Source: Octopus sinensis (taxonomy: Eukaryota). From it: DNA of 64,000 nt. The notes under the pieces are model-generated. The model was not told the DNA's origin and did not search any database. It saw only the letters and a program-made list of their open reading frames with translations. A program made the position numbers and the translations under genes. Of this stretch, positions 13,926-28,940 are shown in pieces. Every line of letters starts with the position of its first letter. Position 1 is the stretch's first letter. The stretch spans positions 86,242,001-86,306,000 of the forward strand of contig NC_043005.1 of NCBI RefSeq assembly GCF_006345805.1, given 5' to 3'.

Positions 13926-16900
13926 AAAAAATTAATACATATATACACATATATGTATGCGCGTTTGTGTGTGTACATTTGTATGCATGTATGTATTGAG
14001 GCAGGTTAGACTTCATAACAAGTTATGTACATTGTAGCTGGCTCACACAATACCATTTCCAAATATGATAAGAGTTATATAAGCTATTCTCACAGTCTGT
14101 TCACACAGAAATTCTACGCTTTTTACTTTCAACAAAGACTTGTATAATTGTATTATCCGCGATATGATTATCATCTGGAACATAATAATAACGGAATGAC
14201 TGTTTTGTTTTAAATACTTAATGCTTAGACATAATACGCTTATGTCTACTAATATTAGCTGTAAATCTAGACGACATGTTTGATAAATACTGCTACCATT
14301 CTCATCTTTTTCACATAAATGCTTTATTCTACAGATTTTTTGTCTCATTAGAACCGACCCCCACCCTCCACCGCCACTACAACAGAGAATCATTTTATGT
14401 TGGACTCTCAAATTTAGGCTGATGCATTTAAATTAGGATGCTGGTTATAATTTGTTTTAGAAAATATGTTAGTATTATTGTAATTTTCCGTATTCCTTTC
14501 TGTATTGAAAATGGCTCCGCTCATCACATCAAGCGATACATGGATATAATGACTCGATGACACGTTCTTGCAGCTGCTGAGCTGAAGATCAAATATATAC
14601 GTATTAAGTTTACCTAGTCTTCGCTGCACTTGATGAATTCTGTATAAGTCGGTAATCCATAATACGTACTCACCCTTAATTATCACGCTTCTAATCACCA
14701 AGATGAATATTGTATGGCTGCCATTAAACAACACCGCTTTTACTGAGAACAATTCGCGTTGTGGCCCTTGTTTCCTGTCAGCGCGTTTCTAATATAAGTT
14801 TCTACTTTAATACATCAATTATTTGATAATCATCTTCGTTTACTTCTGAAGATTTCGGTATGAGAACCCATTAAACAAGCAAGTTCTGCATTTCTTTGAT
14901 GTAACTTTTTGCTTAATTCAATTATTGATATTCCTTTAAAGACCTGTATTTCCTCTTTTTTTCTATCTGTTAGCACGTTCCAGTATTGCAATATAATACA
15001 TAGCACACGTTAATTCTTACACGTGAGGTGAAGTCGGTAATATAAATATTTTAATTTAAACTGGTCTAAAGTCGGCAAGCTGGAAAATGCTTGGCGGCTT
15101 CTTCTGAGTTCTGAGTTCAAATTCTGCCGAAGTCCACTTTGCTTTTCATCCTTCCGAGATCCATAACATAAGTACCAGCTGTACACTTACCCTACCCTCA
15201 AATTGCAAGGCCTTGTGCCAACATTCGAAACCAATCTAAACTGGCATAAAATATATACCAGTTGAGCACTGTGGTCGATCTAATCGATGTAGGCCCTCTC
15301 ACAAAATTGTTGGCCTTGTGCCAAAAATTGAAATCGATTTCCACTCTAGTCCCCTTATTCTTTTATACAGTCAAGTAATAATTTTCACTTAAAAATAGAT
15401 ATTCTACTTCCATTATAACTTTATCCATTCCCGATGAATATACCTTACATTTCTTCAAATTTTTACCATCTTTCCAGTATTTATTACATATTGTAAATAT
15501 TCTACATGTATAATGTACACCTACTGCAGTTTTATTCAGTTGACTTGCTTGTTAACCTACTCCCAACACTCCAGTGGCTTTCAACTTATTCTCTTGATGA
15601 AATAACTGTTACAGAAATTGCACTGTTTACGCTGGAGTTAAATTTACAGTTTTGAGCCAGTAGTCTGGTACACTATTTGCCTTTTCTATACGACGATTTC
15701 GATTTTACACTCTAAGCTGTAGTCGACTGTACTCATTTAAGCTTTTGTAGTTTCCATTTTCACATTTCAAATTGCGTGTTTCTCGCTTTGGTAATTTCAG
15801 TTTTATTCGTTTGTGATGATTAGTGATTGTATTATTTATGTTGTACATCCAGACTTGAAGAATATTTGAAGTGTTTCTTTCTATTTGATAAGGTTTATAT
15901 TTTTCAAGTCACGGCCCACTTGCAATGATATATTCAAATGTGTGCTGCTACGCATATCAAGATATTTAAGCTTTTATACCGTTCTCTTATACAATTTGAC
16001 TCTCGCTAACTTTTACGTAATTTCCTGTTATTTTGTTGACTATGGCCAGTTCTAGTTGGAAAACCATTCTTCATATATTTGTATTAAATGGCCTGCCTTT
16101 TCAAGTATATATTTCGTACCTGTTCCAGCGTAGCATTTTAAAACACTAGAAGGGTGCTAAATAGAATTTGATATTCATTTGTTCTTTCAACCATGATATG
16201 AACTGCCTATGAATCACCGTTGAACATAAAACAACACACTTGTAACGGCCTACCATTGGATTTAGTGATAATGCTGGTTATAACCTTCATGGTTGGTATT
16301 TATATTACGGGTATTATTGTATTCAGAAACAAGTTATTATTCTCTTGTATATGCCCATTAGGACGTGTGTTCTTTAAGGAAACTGTTTTAGTCGATGTTA
16401 AATGGGAATATTCAGTGATGTGAAATGATATTATATTTTACAATACATTTTACTTGAATGTTAAGATAGTCTGGGCTTAAGCAGACTTGAGAGCATTGTT
16501 CGTAAGGCCTATACGTTTACATGTGTATGTGCTCACATATATGTGTGTGTATGTGCTTGTGAGCGTATTTATTCAAATATATGTATATGTATAAATAAAT
16601 AAATATATATATATATATATGTGTGTGTGTATGTATGTATGTATGTATGTATATCTTTGTTTTCTTCAATCATAAATGAGATACAAGAAAATGTAGGATT
16701 GTATCTCAAGAAGTTTTGTTATTAGATCTAACTCTAGAATCACATAAAATGCCCTAAAGTTTATTGTTGATGTAGAATTAATGAAGTATTGGGGTATTAA
16801 ACCAACGGATTTGTTAAATGTGTTACTAATATCTTCTGCAAGGGAGAGTTGTTTTGTGCTTCTTAGTTCTTCACTCAAGCAATTGAATGGTGTTGGCTTA

Positions 16901-17921
16901 ACAGCGGGTTAAAATTAAAGCCACCACCATGGATAATCATTATATTCTTCTTTTATAGACTTCATTTAACAAGATTGCTTAGTTATACAAATTTCTGGAG
17001 GGATTTAAACGATTTAGTCGAAGCGATACGTCAGTAGCTGTTACAGCATTGGATATAAAGGGATGCCAAGTGAAGAACAGCTGCAAGGCAGAGAAGGCAT
17101 GAATGTAACTTCTTTGATCATTGTTCTTACCATTCAGGGAGGATCTTATGCTAAACAACAACAAGAACAACAACAACAACAAGGACAACAACGACGACAA
17201 TATACTACATAGGACACAGTTAATTTTCTAATAAACACAGGTGGCAACGTTTATAATGAAGGAAAAAGTAATGGAAACATTTGTTGCCGATGTTTTTTAG
17301 TTCACTTTGTATAGCTGACTTAACAGTATATTTCACTTCAAATATTGTGAGTTTCATAAAGCTGGGTAATTCCAGAGAATCTAAAATAACCCATGAACTC
17401 AAGCAAAAGAGCAGCATTAAGGCAGACCACATTTTTTAGAGAGCCTGTATCACCACCCTCGAGATACTAAGAAGATCAGGTCTCCCATGTACATCAGTTG
17501 GCGGCCAGCAGAAGGAGGAAGTGTCTTGTACACGAGATCAGAACGGATTTCTCCTTATTTTTACTCCAGTGTCTCCATTGGTCTCCACTGGTCTTTCTTG
17601 GCATCCCAAGGAAAAAAATGGAATTAGAAGGAGAAAATGGCTGGCCGAAGTGAAGGAAAATTTTGAGTGATATCAAGAGACCCTACGAGGCTTGGAAACT
17701 GTTTCTTGATGGAAATGCATAGAGCTGATAGAACGATATTCTTTTAAAAGGAAGACGTAACTATCGCAAATAGTATAAGTGCAGAGTGACTCTGTAAGCT
17801 TCCGGTAATATAACTTAAGCATTGAGGATCTGGGTATAACCGGAACGCTGGAGCATTTTACGCGGAGAGGCAACCCGAAACGGTTGTTAAAATTGTAATA
17901 AGTAATTACTTACGCATGATC

Positions 17922-18322
17922 AAGCGTAGAAGTGACTGTGTGGTAAGTAGCTTGCTTACCAACCACATGGTTCCGGGTTCAGTTCCACTGCGTGGCACTT
18001 TGGGCAAGTGTCTTCTACTATAGTCTCGGGCCGACCAAAGCCTGGTGAGTGGATTTGGTAGACGGAAACTGAAAGAAGCCCGTCGTATATATGTATATGT
18101 ATGTGTGTGTGTGTATTTGTGTGTCTGTGTTTGTCCCTCCAACATCACTTGACAACCGATGCTGGCGTGTTTACGTCCTCCGTAACTTAACGGTTCGACA
18201 AAAGAGACCGATAGAATAAGTACTAGGCTTACAAAGAATAAGTCCTGGGGTCGATTTGCTCGACTAAAAAGGCGGTGCTCCAGCATGGCCGCAGACAAAT
18301 GACTGAAACAAGTAAAAGAGTA
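17922..18322 (+). mobile_element. SINE family A
   Basis: Full-length, low-divergence copy ending GACTGAAACAAGTAAAAGAG. Confidence 0.9.
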
Positions 18323-19169
18323 AGCAACGCAGACACTGTCCATCAATGTGGCACAATTCTCAGTCATATAAACCTAGAACCCCACACTTTACTGTAGAGA
18401 CTGTCTTCCGAATATAATGTGAAAGACATTGAAATATGTAATCGCACATACATCTAAAAATTGGGATGTTTGTCGAATTAATGCCGTTGTCCATAATTCT
18501 GTTTAATCGTGGTTGAATGCACCAAGCCACAACAAGCTATTCTTAATGTAAGGATTTGTCCATGCTCGAATGTATTTGAACATAATTCCGATTAATTGAA
18601 GCTGATCTCAGAGTATTCGTTCGTTTTGTTGTTCTTGCAACTCCATCCTCATATGTCTGAAGAGAAATAATTTTATTCAAGTTTCAAAGACGATAAACAA
18701 GAGTTTAGAAAAAGAATAAAGCTACAAAAAATTTCTAAAAGATTATGAGAAAAGTATTTTTTTTTCGTATTAATTCGAATAACATTATAAAAGATTGCAA
18801 TAAAATGTAAAGAAAAGAATGAATTTATCTGACAACTAGCACTCCGTCGGTTGCGACGAGCGTTCCAGTTGATCCGATGAACGGAACAACCTGCTTGTGA
18901 AATTAACGTTCAAGTGGCTGAGCATTCCACAGACACGTGTACCCTTAGTGCCGTTCTTATGGAGTAGAGTCAGTGTGGCACAGAATGTGGCAAGGTTGGC
19001 ACTTTTTGATTACTGGTACCACTCATATTTACCAGGTGAAAACACTGGAGCAATATGAAATAAAGTGCTCTGCCAGGTATCGAACACACGAACTCTACGA
19101 TCGTGAGCTAAATACCCTAACCGCCTACCCACGCTCTTTCACGACATTCCACTAATAGATAACAAGAGT

Positions 19170-19540
19170 GGATGCGGAATGGCCCAGTGGTTAGGGCAGT
19201 GGAATCGTGGTCGTAAGATCGCGGTTTCGATTCCCAGACCAGACGTGTGAGTGTTTATTGAGCGAAAACACCTAAAACTCCAAAAGGCTCCGGCAGAGGG
19301 TGGTGGCGAACCCTGCTGTACTCTTTCACCACAACTTTCTCTCACTCTTTCTTCCTGTTTCTGTTGTACCTGTATTTCAAAGGGCCAGCCTTGTTACACA
19401 CTATGTCATTCTGAATTTACCCGACAACTAAGTTAAAGGTACACGTGTCTGTGGAGTGCTCAGCCACTTGCATGTTAATTTCACGAGCAGGCTGTTCCAT
19501 TGATCGGATCAACTGGAAACCTCGTCGTCGTAACCGACGA
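19170..19540 (+). mobile_element. SINE family B
   Basis: A-box TGGCCCAGTGG, B-box GTTTCGATTCC and family body. Confidence 0.9.
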
Positions 19541-20271
19541 TAACAAGAAAATAATAAAAAAAACTGTAGCTTACAGTAAGGATGGCGATATTGCTACGAG
19601 CTCTCCTTTAGAATCCAGTTACTGTAAGTTCGATCTCCCTACATGGCACCCACGATGGGTGTCAACCACCAGAAACTCGTTTTCACTCGGGCTTGGTGGT
19701 TTGTCTTGTTTCTTTTTTTGCTTTTTCGTTTTCACTATAACTTTGAAAAACTTGCATCACTGATCTGTTAGAGACTCGTAACCTACGACGTTTTTGTTGA
19801 GAAAATAACAATAGAAACTATACGAAATCACTACCTCTGGCAAGATCAAAGACTTCGGATTCGGTGCCACAAGACGAACAACAAAATCACTAACAACATC
19901 AATTTCTTTAACGAGCAGTTAGACGTGAAATAATCAATTATGAAAATGTAGAAACACAATAATATTTTTGCTTCTCTTTAGATTTGTCAGTCTAAGTCTA
20001 TGTTTATCTTTGTCTCACTCTCCCACTACCACATCGGGTCTCTGTCTCTCTCTGCTTCTTACTTTCCTTCTTTTTTTCTTTCTTCTTTCTTTCTTCTCCC
20101 TCCCCCTCTCTCTTTCAATGTGTTACTCGCATTCACTCACTCTTTTTTGCAGACAAGTGTGTACATTCATCAAACATACAAACATACATACGTACATATA
20201 CATGGAGGAATACACACACAGATACATGCATATATACATATATAATATGTATGTGTGTGTGTGTAAATACA

Positions 20272-20277
20272 TCTATC

Positions 20278-20357
<80 letters not shown>

Positions 20358-20358
20358 C
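20272..20358. repeat. (TATC)n microsatellite
   Basis: Direct inspection. Confidence 0.9.
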
Positions 20359-21482
20359 TACACACACACACATAGATATATATATTACACCCCACCAAGA
20401 AATAGTGCTTTATATGTATAAAACCTAAGCGATAGACAATAAAATATTGAATTTGTTTTGTCGGAATTTGTGTATGTATGTGTGTTTGTGTGTGTGTGTG
20501 TGAATGTGTGTGAGTGCGTGGCAGCTGCAGTACCTGTATATATATATTTGAAAAAGAGAATAAATTTACCGATTACTCTTCCGAGAACCGTGGACTCTTC
20601 TAATGTCCACTTTACCAAATGAACACATGTTCAAGAAATTGTCTTATACCTACACATACACACACACACACAAACATAAAAGAAATACATTACATGCATA
20701 CATATAAACATATATGTATAATACAGTATGTGTGTATGTGTATGTGCAGGTGCCGAATTACCACCAGAAGCGTGAAAGTATGAGAAAGATCTCTTCACAA
20801 TTCTTAGGAAATTCCTGAACTTTGTGGAAGTGAAGTTATCACCATATTAGAGACACTTTTGTTTTCTTGTTCTCATGAAACAATTAGTATTTCAAATTAC
20901 ATTTCGCATTGTCTTTGTTATTTCTTGTTATATAATTGTAGCTGGTCAGCCATAACCCACTCCTAAAGCAAGCAAACCTAGGCGACATATGTAGTTGATT
21001 CAAACACTGATTTTTGCTAGATGTGATAGTTCATTTCAAAACGTCATCGTTCGATAAAGTGATGCAAACATGACCTTCCAATTGAAATTCCCATCTAATT
21101 ACGCAGCGAGGAGTGCATCATCTCAACTATCATTAATTTTAAAGCTGTGGTTTTTCAGAAAAGGGCTCTATTTGGATACCAACTGCAGGACAATGAGTGG
21201 TTACGTAGAAGCTCTGACATCGCTATGACCAGATGTCATTTTTAGTCGAATCATTTCTGGTATTCATATAATTTATTTATTAATTTTTGTTTTGTAAAGG
21301 CCTATCATTATCGGATTACGAAGAAAGATTCCATTCCAAATGAACGTCATAGGAAGCAGAAAAATATCATTAGCGGGTTAACTAAAACGAAATCAAGGTC
21401 CAAGCATATACAGAGGTTTAAATCCCTCTTCCTCCCTTTCTCTCTCTTTGTGTCTTTCACTCAATCCATCTCTCTCTCACCC

Positions 21483-21519
<37 letters not shown>

Positions 21520-21945
21520 CTATCTATATATCTGTCTATTTATCATTCAATAAATGAGATAGTTCTTATATGCATGTTATAATTTGTCGTTCAAGATATT
21601 GGACCGCTTAGCACACGGATATAACTGCCAACACACGACACTCTCGGCACTCGAGTCAATCTATTGCTTCTGTTAAGTATATATAAAACACATACACACA
21701 CATTGAAAGAGGTTAAAATAAGCCATTTGTAGCTGCCTTCATTAGAGATTCGAGCACCACGTCCTCCAGTTTGAGTTCAAGCCGGAGTTTTATTGGTAAA
21801 AAAAACACATTGATCTCTCACTGCATAACTATCACGCAAGTCAGTTGACGAAAACTCCTTGTATAGTCTCTCACTCACTTCTCCTCTCTCTCTCACTCTC
21901 TCTCTCTCTCTCTCCTCACACTCTCTCTCTCTCATATATAAAATA

Positions 21946-22705
21946 CGAGGCAAAGTCAAAAATTAATGCCATTTTGTTTAGGACAGGTATAATTACCAAC
22001 ACAGGAATATGTATCGTACATCAAAATGAAGCTGGTCCTCTGTGGATCACATCCCTACTTCTCAACATAACCACCGCTTCTCTCAATAGCAAGTCCCACC
22101 TTCGAATGAGAGCTTGTATCCCTACCCCGTAAAATTCTGTTGACTGTTCTTTGAGCCACTTCTTCACTACAGTTTTCACTTCTTCGTCAAGCCGAGTGAT
22201 TTGACAATGTTGTAAGCCCTTTCATGGTTCACTTCAGGGGTTTCTACAAACTCATCAAGAGTTATGCGCATGTCTCCTCTGATCAGAGCATCTGCTTTTG
22301 CTTTATTGGCAGGATTCACAGAAGTGGACGGACGGCCAAAACGGGGTTTATCCGCTACCCTCGCAGTTCATACCTTTTCATCTTTCAGATGATGGACCCA
22401 CCTGCATACATTCCTATAATCTAAAGCATTGTCCTGAGAGACATTTTGTAATCGTCGGTCATTGTTCACAGGGGTTCCCCCCATCAGCAACAAGAAATTC
22501 AATCATTGCTCTTTGTCTTTGACGTAACTCTAAGGGAGCAACCATTTTGAATTTTCCTTACCAGTCTAAAAACCTGAAAAGTAAGAATCAAAATATTTCA
22601 GAATGTAACTGATATAATCATTTATAATTGGGAAAATTTTCAGTTATTTATATCAAAAACATCACATGAACTAAAGAAAATTGCATTACTTTTGACTGAA
22701 CCTCG
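21946..22705 (-). mobile_element. internally deleted mariner element (both TIRs, TA flanks)
   Basis: TA|CGAGGCAAAGTCAAAAATTAATGCC left and GCATTACTTTTGACTGAACCTCG|TA right. N-terminal QRAMIEFLVADG...KPRFGRPSTS...RITLDE is joined directly to C-terminal DEEVKTVVKKWLKEQSTEFY; the catalytic domain is missing. Confidence 0.85.
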
Positions 22706-24584
22706 TATATATACATAAGCATATATAGGCGCGTGTGCACACACACACACGCATATACACACGCGCACATATATGTATGTAGATGCATATTTCGATGCAC
22801 AGAAAAATAGGTAACTACAATGAAAGGTAGAAAGATAGACAATTACAGATATAAATGGACAATAAACATGTGTGTGTGTGTATGTGTGTGCCAGTGTTCG
22901 TCTGTATGTGTGTTTGTGAACATATGCATATACGCCTAGCTTGTTGTGTACGTGTACGCGTGTGGACATACACTGGTATGAAGTAACCAAGATGGCTAAT
23001 ACAAAGGTTTCGTGCAGACATTCTTATCAGGCCTGCTGTAGTATGACTGTATTGAATGGCAGAACGAATAATAGTTGCCCGTATTGAATAACACCTGACG
23101 TCATAAGACAGTCACGTGGTCTATGAATGATGCTTCATAATATCATATCATGTAACTCGACACAATCAACGTTTATGAATATGGCGTACAAGGTTGGTGT
23201 TATTGCTTGGCTCAAGAACGCAGAAACATATAAATGCAAATTTATATTTTATAAGTCGACGCCATTGACAGATAACCTCAGATGATAATAGGCTCCCCTC
23301 TTAGAAAAAACGCAATAATATTAGCTCCAACTTTCATAGTCTCTCACACAGGCTTATCTGCTTACTGGTCTGCACGCCATGATATTTCTTTATTTATTTT
23401 CGCGTTAGAATTCACAGTACTAAACGAAAGATGGTTGAGGCGATTGTGATTTTAATATGGGACATAAATGTCGGCTGGAAAGTTAGTGAAGTTTTTTTTT
23501 TCTTTTATAGACAGATCGATAGATAAATATATCGATAGCTAGACAAGCAGATTGATAAATAGGGACATAGATATATTCACAAACCCTGTATATTCATTTC
23601 TTGTTTATTGTGTAGTTAATCAGTTGCGACATCTTATTCATTCTCTCTTGATATACAAGTCATCTAAAATATAAAATTAGTTTTATTTTATAATTGCTCA
23701 CTGTGAAAGGATAGTTAACAAATATATGAAGATATGTTAAACAATTTTGATTGCGACAACTGGTGTTATTAGCAAAGATACGTACAGAAACAGACTCACA
23801 AACACATGCGCGCGCATCCACACCCACACACCCAAATACACACAGTATCGAAGCGTTTCCCATTTCTAGTGCAACAAGGGTATGTACAAAAACGCAGATT
23901 TCCCTTCCGATGTGTTTAGTCTGTCAAAAGGAATGCGTTGCAAGCCTATTAAAGACAGCAAATATTAATTTCAAATTCTGGTACAAAGCCAGGAATTTCG
24001 AGGCACGGGTTAAGTCGATCACATCCACCCCAGTGATCAACGCGTATTTATTCTTTCAACCCCAAAAGGATGAAAAGTAAACTGGAGCTGAATTTAGAAC
24101 TTAGAACGTAAATACAAACGAAGCGCTTCTAAGCATTTCGCCCGGCTTGCTAACGATTCTGCCAGCCCGCCGCCTCAAAGACAGCTAATATTGATGCCAT
24201 TTCTCTTAAAACGTTAACGATTGCAGAGAAAAAAAATATCGTAGACGTTTAGAGAATTCCAGACAAACGATGTTCCTGGAGTAAAGAATTTAGGTTTCTC
24301 GGCTTTTGTGGAGTAGAGAAACGTTGTGGATATACGGGGGATGAAAAAACGAGGGACAAGGAGAGAAAATACACATGTAGAACATTACTAAATGCACTTT
24401 ATGTGTTCAAATGTCGCTGAGGTTGACTTTGCCTTTCATCATATCGGCATCGATAAAATCAATATCAGCTGAGCACCGAAATCAATGGAATCAACTTAAC
24501 CGAAAATGTCAGTCCTTGAGCCTATATTTAGAAAGAATTATTAAAGACACTCAGCCAGTCTTGTATTTATTGTTCATTAGGTAA

Positions 24585-24860
24585 AGATGCGTGGGTAAGT
24601 GGTTAGCTTTTTCGGCTCACTATCTTTAGTTCTTGAGTTCAATTCCTGGCACTGCGTCGTCCTTGATCAAGACGCTTTATTTCACATTCCTTCAGCACAC
24701 TCAGCTGACAAAAATGAGTAGTACCCGTATTTCAAAAATGCCAGTCTTGTCCCTGGTAACTACGTAACGGGTACACGTCGTGTGCTCAATGCAGTACTCA
24801 GCAACGTGCACAGTAGTTTCAGGACCAGGATCAACAGGAACACGCATCGTCATAACAGAC
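24585..24860 (+). mobile_element. degenerate CORE-like SINE (family B-related tail)
   Basis: tRNA-like head GTGGTTAG...GAGTTCAATTCC, then GTCCTTGATCAAGACGCTTTA and a diverged family B tail. Confidence 0.6.
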
Positions 24861-24887
24861 AGAATGCCAGGTACTTTTAAAAATTGT

Positions 24888-25175
24888 CAAACCATTTTAA
24901 GAAACACACAAAAACCGTTAGATTCATTTCAACATTTAAATTTAATTTGTCAAAATATTTTCGTCGCTTTGAGACCGCGAGTTGTTCACTGACAAAACAG
25001 GTCGCGGTCTCAAAGCAACGAAAATGTTTTAGCAAATTAAATTTAAATATTGAAATGAATCTAACAGATTTTGTGAGTTTTTAAATGGCTTACGAACACC
25101 TTCCACGCTGCACTTGTTTTCGTTCCAGCACACGATCTCAGATTAGGTCACTTGCTATGCAAGTGCATCTTCGTA
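24888..25175. mobile_element. Penelope-type pLTR-like module arranged as an inverted repeat
   Basis: Arms ~24890-24980 and ~24998-25090 are reverse complements, and each carries HHR-like motifs. Confidence 0.6.
24946..24996 (-). ncRNA. minimal type I hammerhead-like motif with G3-C8 core (stem II base mutated in this copy)
   Basis: UUUGUCA-GUGAACA-A-CUCGC-loop-GCGAC-GAAA-AUAU-U-U-UGACAAA: 7-bp stem I and palindromic AAUAUU stem III. Confidence 0.55.
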
Positions 25176-26194
25176 ATTTTAAAAAATAATTCTTCCGTAT
25201 TTTGCTGTATTTTTATTCTTTCCGAAAGTAAATTCATATCATGAAATCTCAATTGTATAATCCATTCTCTTCTCACTTTTCCCTCGATCTCACTGTTCCA
25301 TCCCCACCATGTTCGCCTTGTATTTAATTCTGTTCACTTCTAATGCATATTAAGTTCGTGTTAATATATACACTCACATCTTTACTTGTTCTCACCCGCC
25401 AATTAGGCAACTCATATCATAGAAATTAACACATATTGCAGCGTGAGAGCATTTTACTATCTTTCATGCTTGGCTGAACCTCTTGTACAATACTCATATA
25501 CATCTGTCACATGACGAATGCTTGTCCCCTCTCAACCTATCACATTTACCGCTGCACTTCCTATGCGCCATGTCAGTTCACACATTTCATAATAGTCTGC
25601 GTGTCTACACATTGAATAAAAGCACATCCCAGATCGCACTATTGTTTCGTACACAGCATTACTAATTTGAACTTTTGCAGTTTGCAAAGCTGTTTCAGTT
25701 TTAATTGTAGGCTTTCAAAGTAAAGAGTATTATTTAATGCTTACGTGTTTGGAATTATTGCTCTGGATATGGAAGAAATTTCACAAACAGAACAGCATTA
25801 TTAGCACAAATATTTCTATTCAAACGCAAGACATATCTAGAGACAGATGCAAAAGAACATTCATAAAGAAACCCGCTCTATATCCATATGTCAGAATGGG
25901 TATGTACATTGTCGAGTTTGTGTTTGACTCCACCACCACAATACATGGGAACCGGTGTTGTTTGCTTACGTCCTCGCCATTTAGAACTTCGGCTAAAAGA
26001 GACCGATAAAGAATAAGTGCCAAGCATCTCCAGCATGTAATGACTGAAACAAGTAAAAGGTGAAAGATATTGCTGATGAAAAGTGCAGCTACCTTCGACG
26101 CGTATCTAAACATGTTTGTTCCTTCTCGGGACATGCCTGGCCTATAAGAGCCGGTTTCCCGGTTTCCTTGGCGTATAGCTTCCCCACCTGGACG

Positions 26195-26413
26195 GGACGC
26201 CGGTTCGTCGCAGGTGAGCTGCAAGATGCAGGAGGGAAGAATGAGAGAAAGTTGTGGAGAAAGAATCAGCAGAAGTTCTCCTATACCTTCTGCCGGAGCC
26301 GCGTGGAGCTTAGGTGTTTCGCACATAAACACACATACCGCCCGGTGTGAGATGCGAACCCGTAATCCCTCGACCGCGAGTCCGTTGCTCTAACCACTAT
26401 GCCATGTGCCTCC
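26195..26413 (-). mobile_element. SINE family B 5' half
   Basis: Reverse complement of the head at 26350-26413 and of the body. Confidence 0.7.
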
Positions 26414-26889
26414 ACATCTAAACATATAGGCTCACACAATTGATACTTGAGGTCTTCAAAAAATGCGGAGTTTACATAAAGCATGAATATCCATTATGTT
26501 TCCTGTGTTCTTTTATTCACGTATGCATATAAACATATTAAGTACGAATGTAATGCGCAGTAGTTTATTAAGCCGGTCTAATGGCGGATGTCTCTGGAAT
26601 TCCCACACTGCTCTATCCGACAAGTCCATGGAACACATGATTAGTATATCACACAGTTTCCCTTGTCTCAAGGGCAGGCTGCATACCTTAGAAAATCCAG
26701 ACTGACAGGTCACTGGACTGGCCTAAGAAGAATCTTCTAGAATAGCCTCGGGATCACGAAAGCCTTGTGAGTAGATACGGTGGACGGAAATTGGAAGAAG
26801 CCTTTCTTGTATGTGCATGTTTGTGCGTGTGCGTGTACGGAGACACTCATATACACATGCATATATATATATATACACATATATATATA

Positions 26890-27180
26890 AGGAGAGGCAA
26901 TGGCCCAGTGGTTAAGGCAGCGGATCGCGGTCATAGGATGGCGGCTTCGATTCCTAGACCGGGCGTTGTGAGAGTTTATGAGCGAAAACACCTAAAGCTC
27001 CGCGAGGCTCCGGCAGGGGGTGGTGGCGATCACTGCTGCACACTTTCGCCACAACTTTCTCTCACTCTTTCCTCTGTTGGCCTGCTCGCTTAGCCAGCGG
27101 AGTGGCATCATTTGAGGGCTAAAACAATGCGAAGCGCATTGTGACTAGCGATGTGTAGCAACATCTGATAGCCTGCTTGG
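26890..27180 (+). mobile_element. SINE family B variant with alternative tail
   Basis: Family B head and body switch to GCCTGCTCGCTTAGCCAGCGG...CATCTGATAG; the same tail occurs reversed at 38345-38445. Confidence 0.8.
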
Positions 27181-27244
27181 TCACGGTGGTGGTGGTGGTG
27201 GTGGTGGTGGTGGTGGTCATAATATATATATATGTATGTAACTA

Positions 27245-27312
27245 TCATTTACACTATATCGAAATGGTTTGCCATTCCTATGTATACAGCAAACATTCAA
27301 AGAATCTGCCTC

Positions 27313-27369
<57 letters not shown>

Positions 27370-27560
27370 ATATCTGTCTGTCTGTCTGTCTGTCTATCTA
27401 TCAGTTTCACTGTCTGTCTATCTATCTATCTATATATCTATCTATCTATCTACCTCTCTATATCTCTCTATCTGTCTCTCTGTCTGTTTATCTATCCATC
27501 TACCTGTCTATGTATGTATATATGTATGTACGTACGCATGTATGTATGTAGTATCTATCA

Positions 27561-27617
<57 letters not shown>

Positions 27618-27647
27618 CCAGTCTTTCAATCTACCTATCTCTCTCTA

Positions 27648-27745
<98 letters not shown>

Positions 27746-28261
27746 ACTAACTAACTATCTAACTATCTATCTATCTATCGGAGCTATTCAGAAAAAACAA
27801 AACAAAACGACAGTATTTGATAAAAAGAGATGCCTTATATCATATAATTTAAATTATTCTACGTGTATATATCATTTAAACTGGCGACATTTCGTCTCTG
27901 TTATAAATCATTAGTTCCTTTCACCTAAAAATAGTATGTCTTCATAATTGCTACTGCAATATTGGTTGCTGATCACAGAATCACACAAATATACAATATA
28001 AATTTGGCTTTCATGTTGTTTACAGCTTCGAAACGCAATTTTTAAGTAACCATATTTTTTTATTTTTTATATTAATGAGTAATTTACAGTTTCCTTTATA
28101 ATTTAAATAAATCTAATTAATTGCGTTATTCAAATTTCAGAAATATTTGAAAGTGTTTAAAAAATAAAAAAGGAAGTAAAAAAGTAAAAGCAGAAAAAAA
28201 TTTGTTTGAATGTTTGCTGTATACATAGGAATGGCAAACCATTCCGATTTAGTGTAAATGA
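27245..28261. mobile_element. non-autonomous TIR element containing a long (TATC)n tract
   Basis: 57-bp inverted repeats at 27245-27301 and 28205-28261 (2 mismatches); (TCTA/TCTG)n at ~27315-27780. Confidence 0.7.
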
Positions 28262-28845
28262 CCCAGACAGTCAATAAGACATCATGAGCTAATAGTAAAT
28301 TATAGTTATGTTATACGTACATGCACACAAATATGTATACATACACATATATATCCATATATATATATATATAAAACCATATATACAAATATGTCCGTAT
28401 ATAAACATATACATAGACGTACAGATATTTAAATACACAGAATCATGGATGCACTCAAACATACATATATACGTACATATATGCATATGCAGGGTACGAA
28501 AGAGAGAATGATAGAGAGGGAGAGAAAGAGAGAGTTATTTGCGGACATATTAGGTGAATTAAGAACAGAATTCTAACAAAACCAAATGTGATTTAATAGA
28601 GAAATAGTCCGCGTGTTCTCGATGCGCTTTCTTATAAGACTATTTTGTGTGTCTACTATCGTATTCGATGGTTATTTCAAAGCTGGACCGACATCGGTAT
28701 CATGACTGCTCTAAGCGGTTTTTATTCATTTGTACAATAGAAAACTTTAGTGAGGATAAGGTATATTGTATGTTGAGTAGGTTCCATTTCAACAACGCTC
28801 CAAATATAGGATTCAATAGGATTTGAATTTGGCGAGCTTAAGAAC

Positions 28846-28869
28846 GAGACAGACAGACAGACAGACAGG

Positions 28870-28940
<71 letters not shown>

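Noticed and set aside
17460-17720. Possible RTE 3' relic (RRKWLAEVKENL)
   Set aside because: Similarity is too short and degenerate to support.
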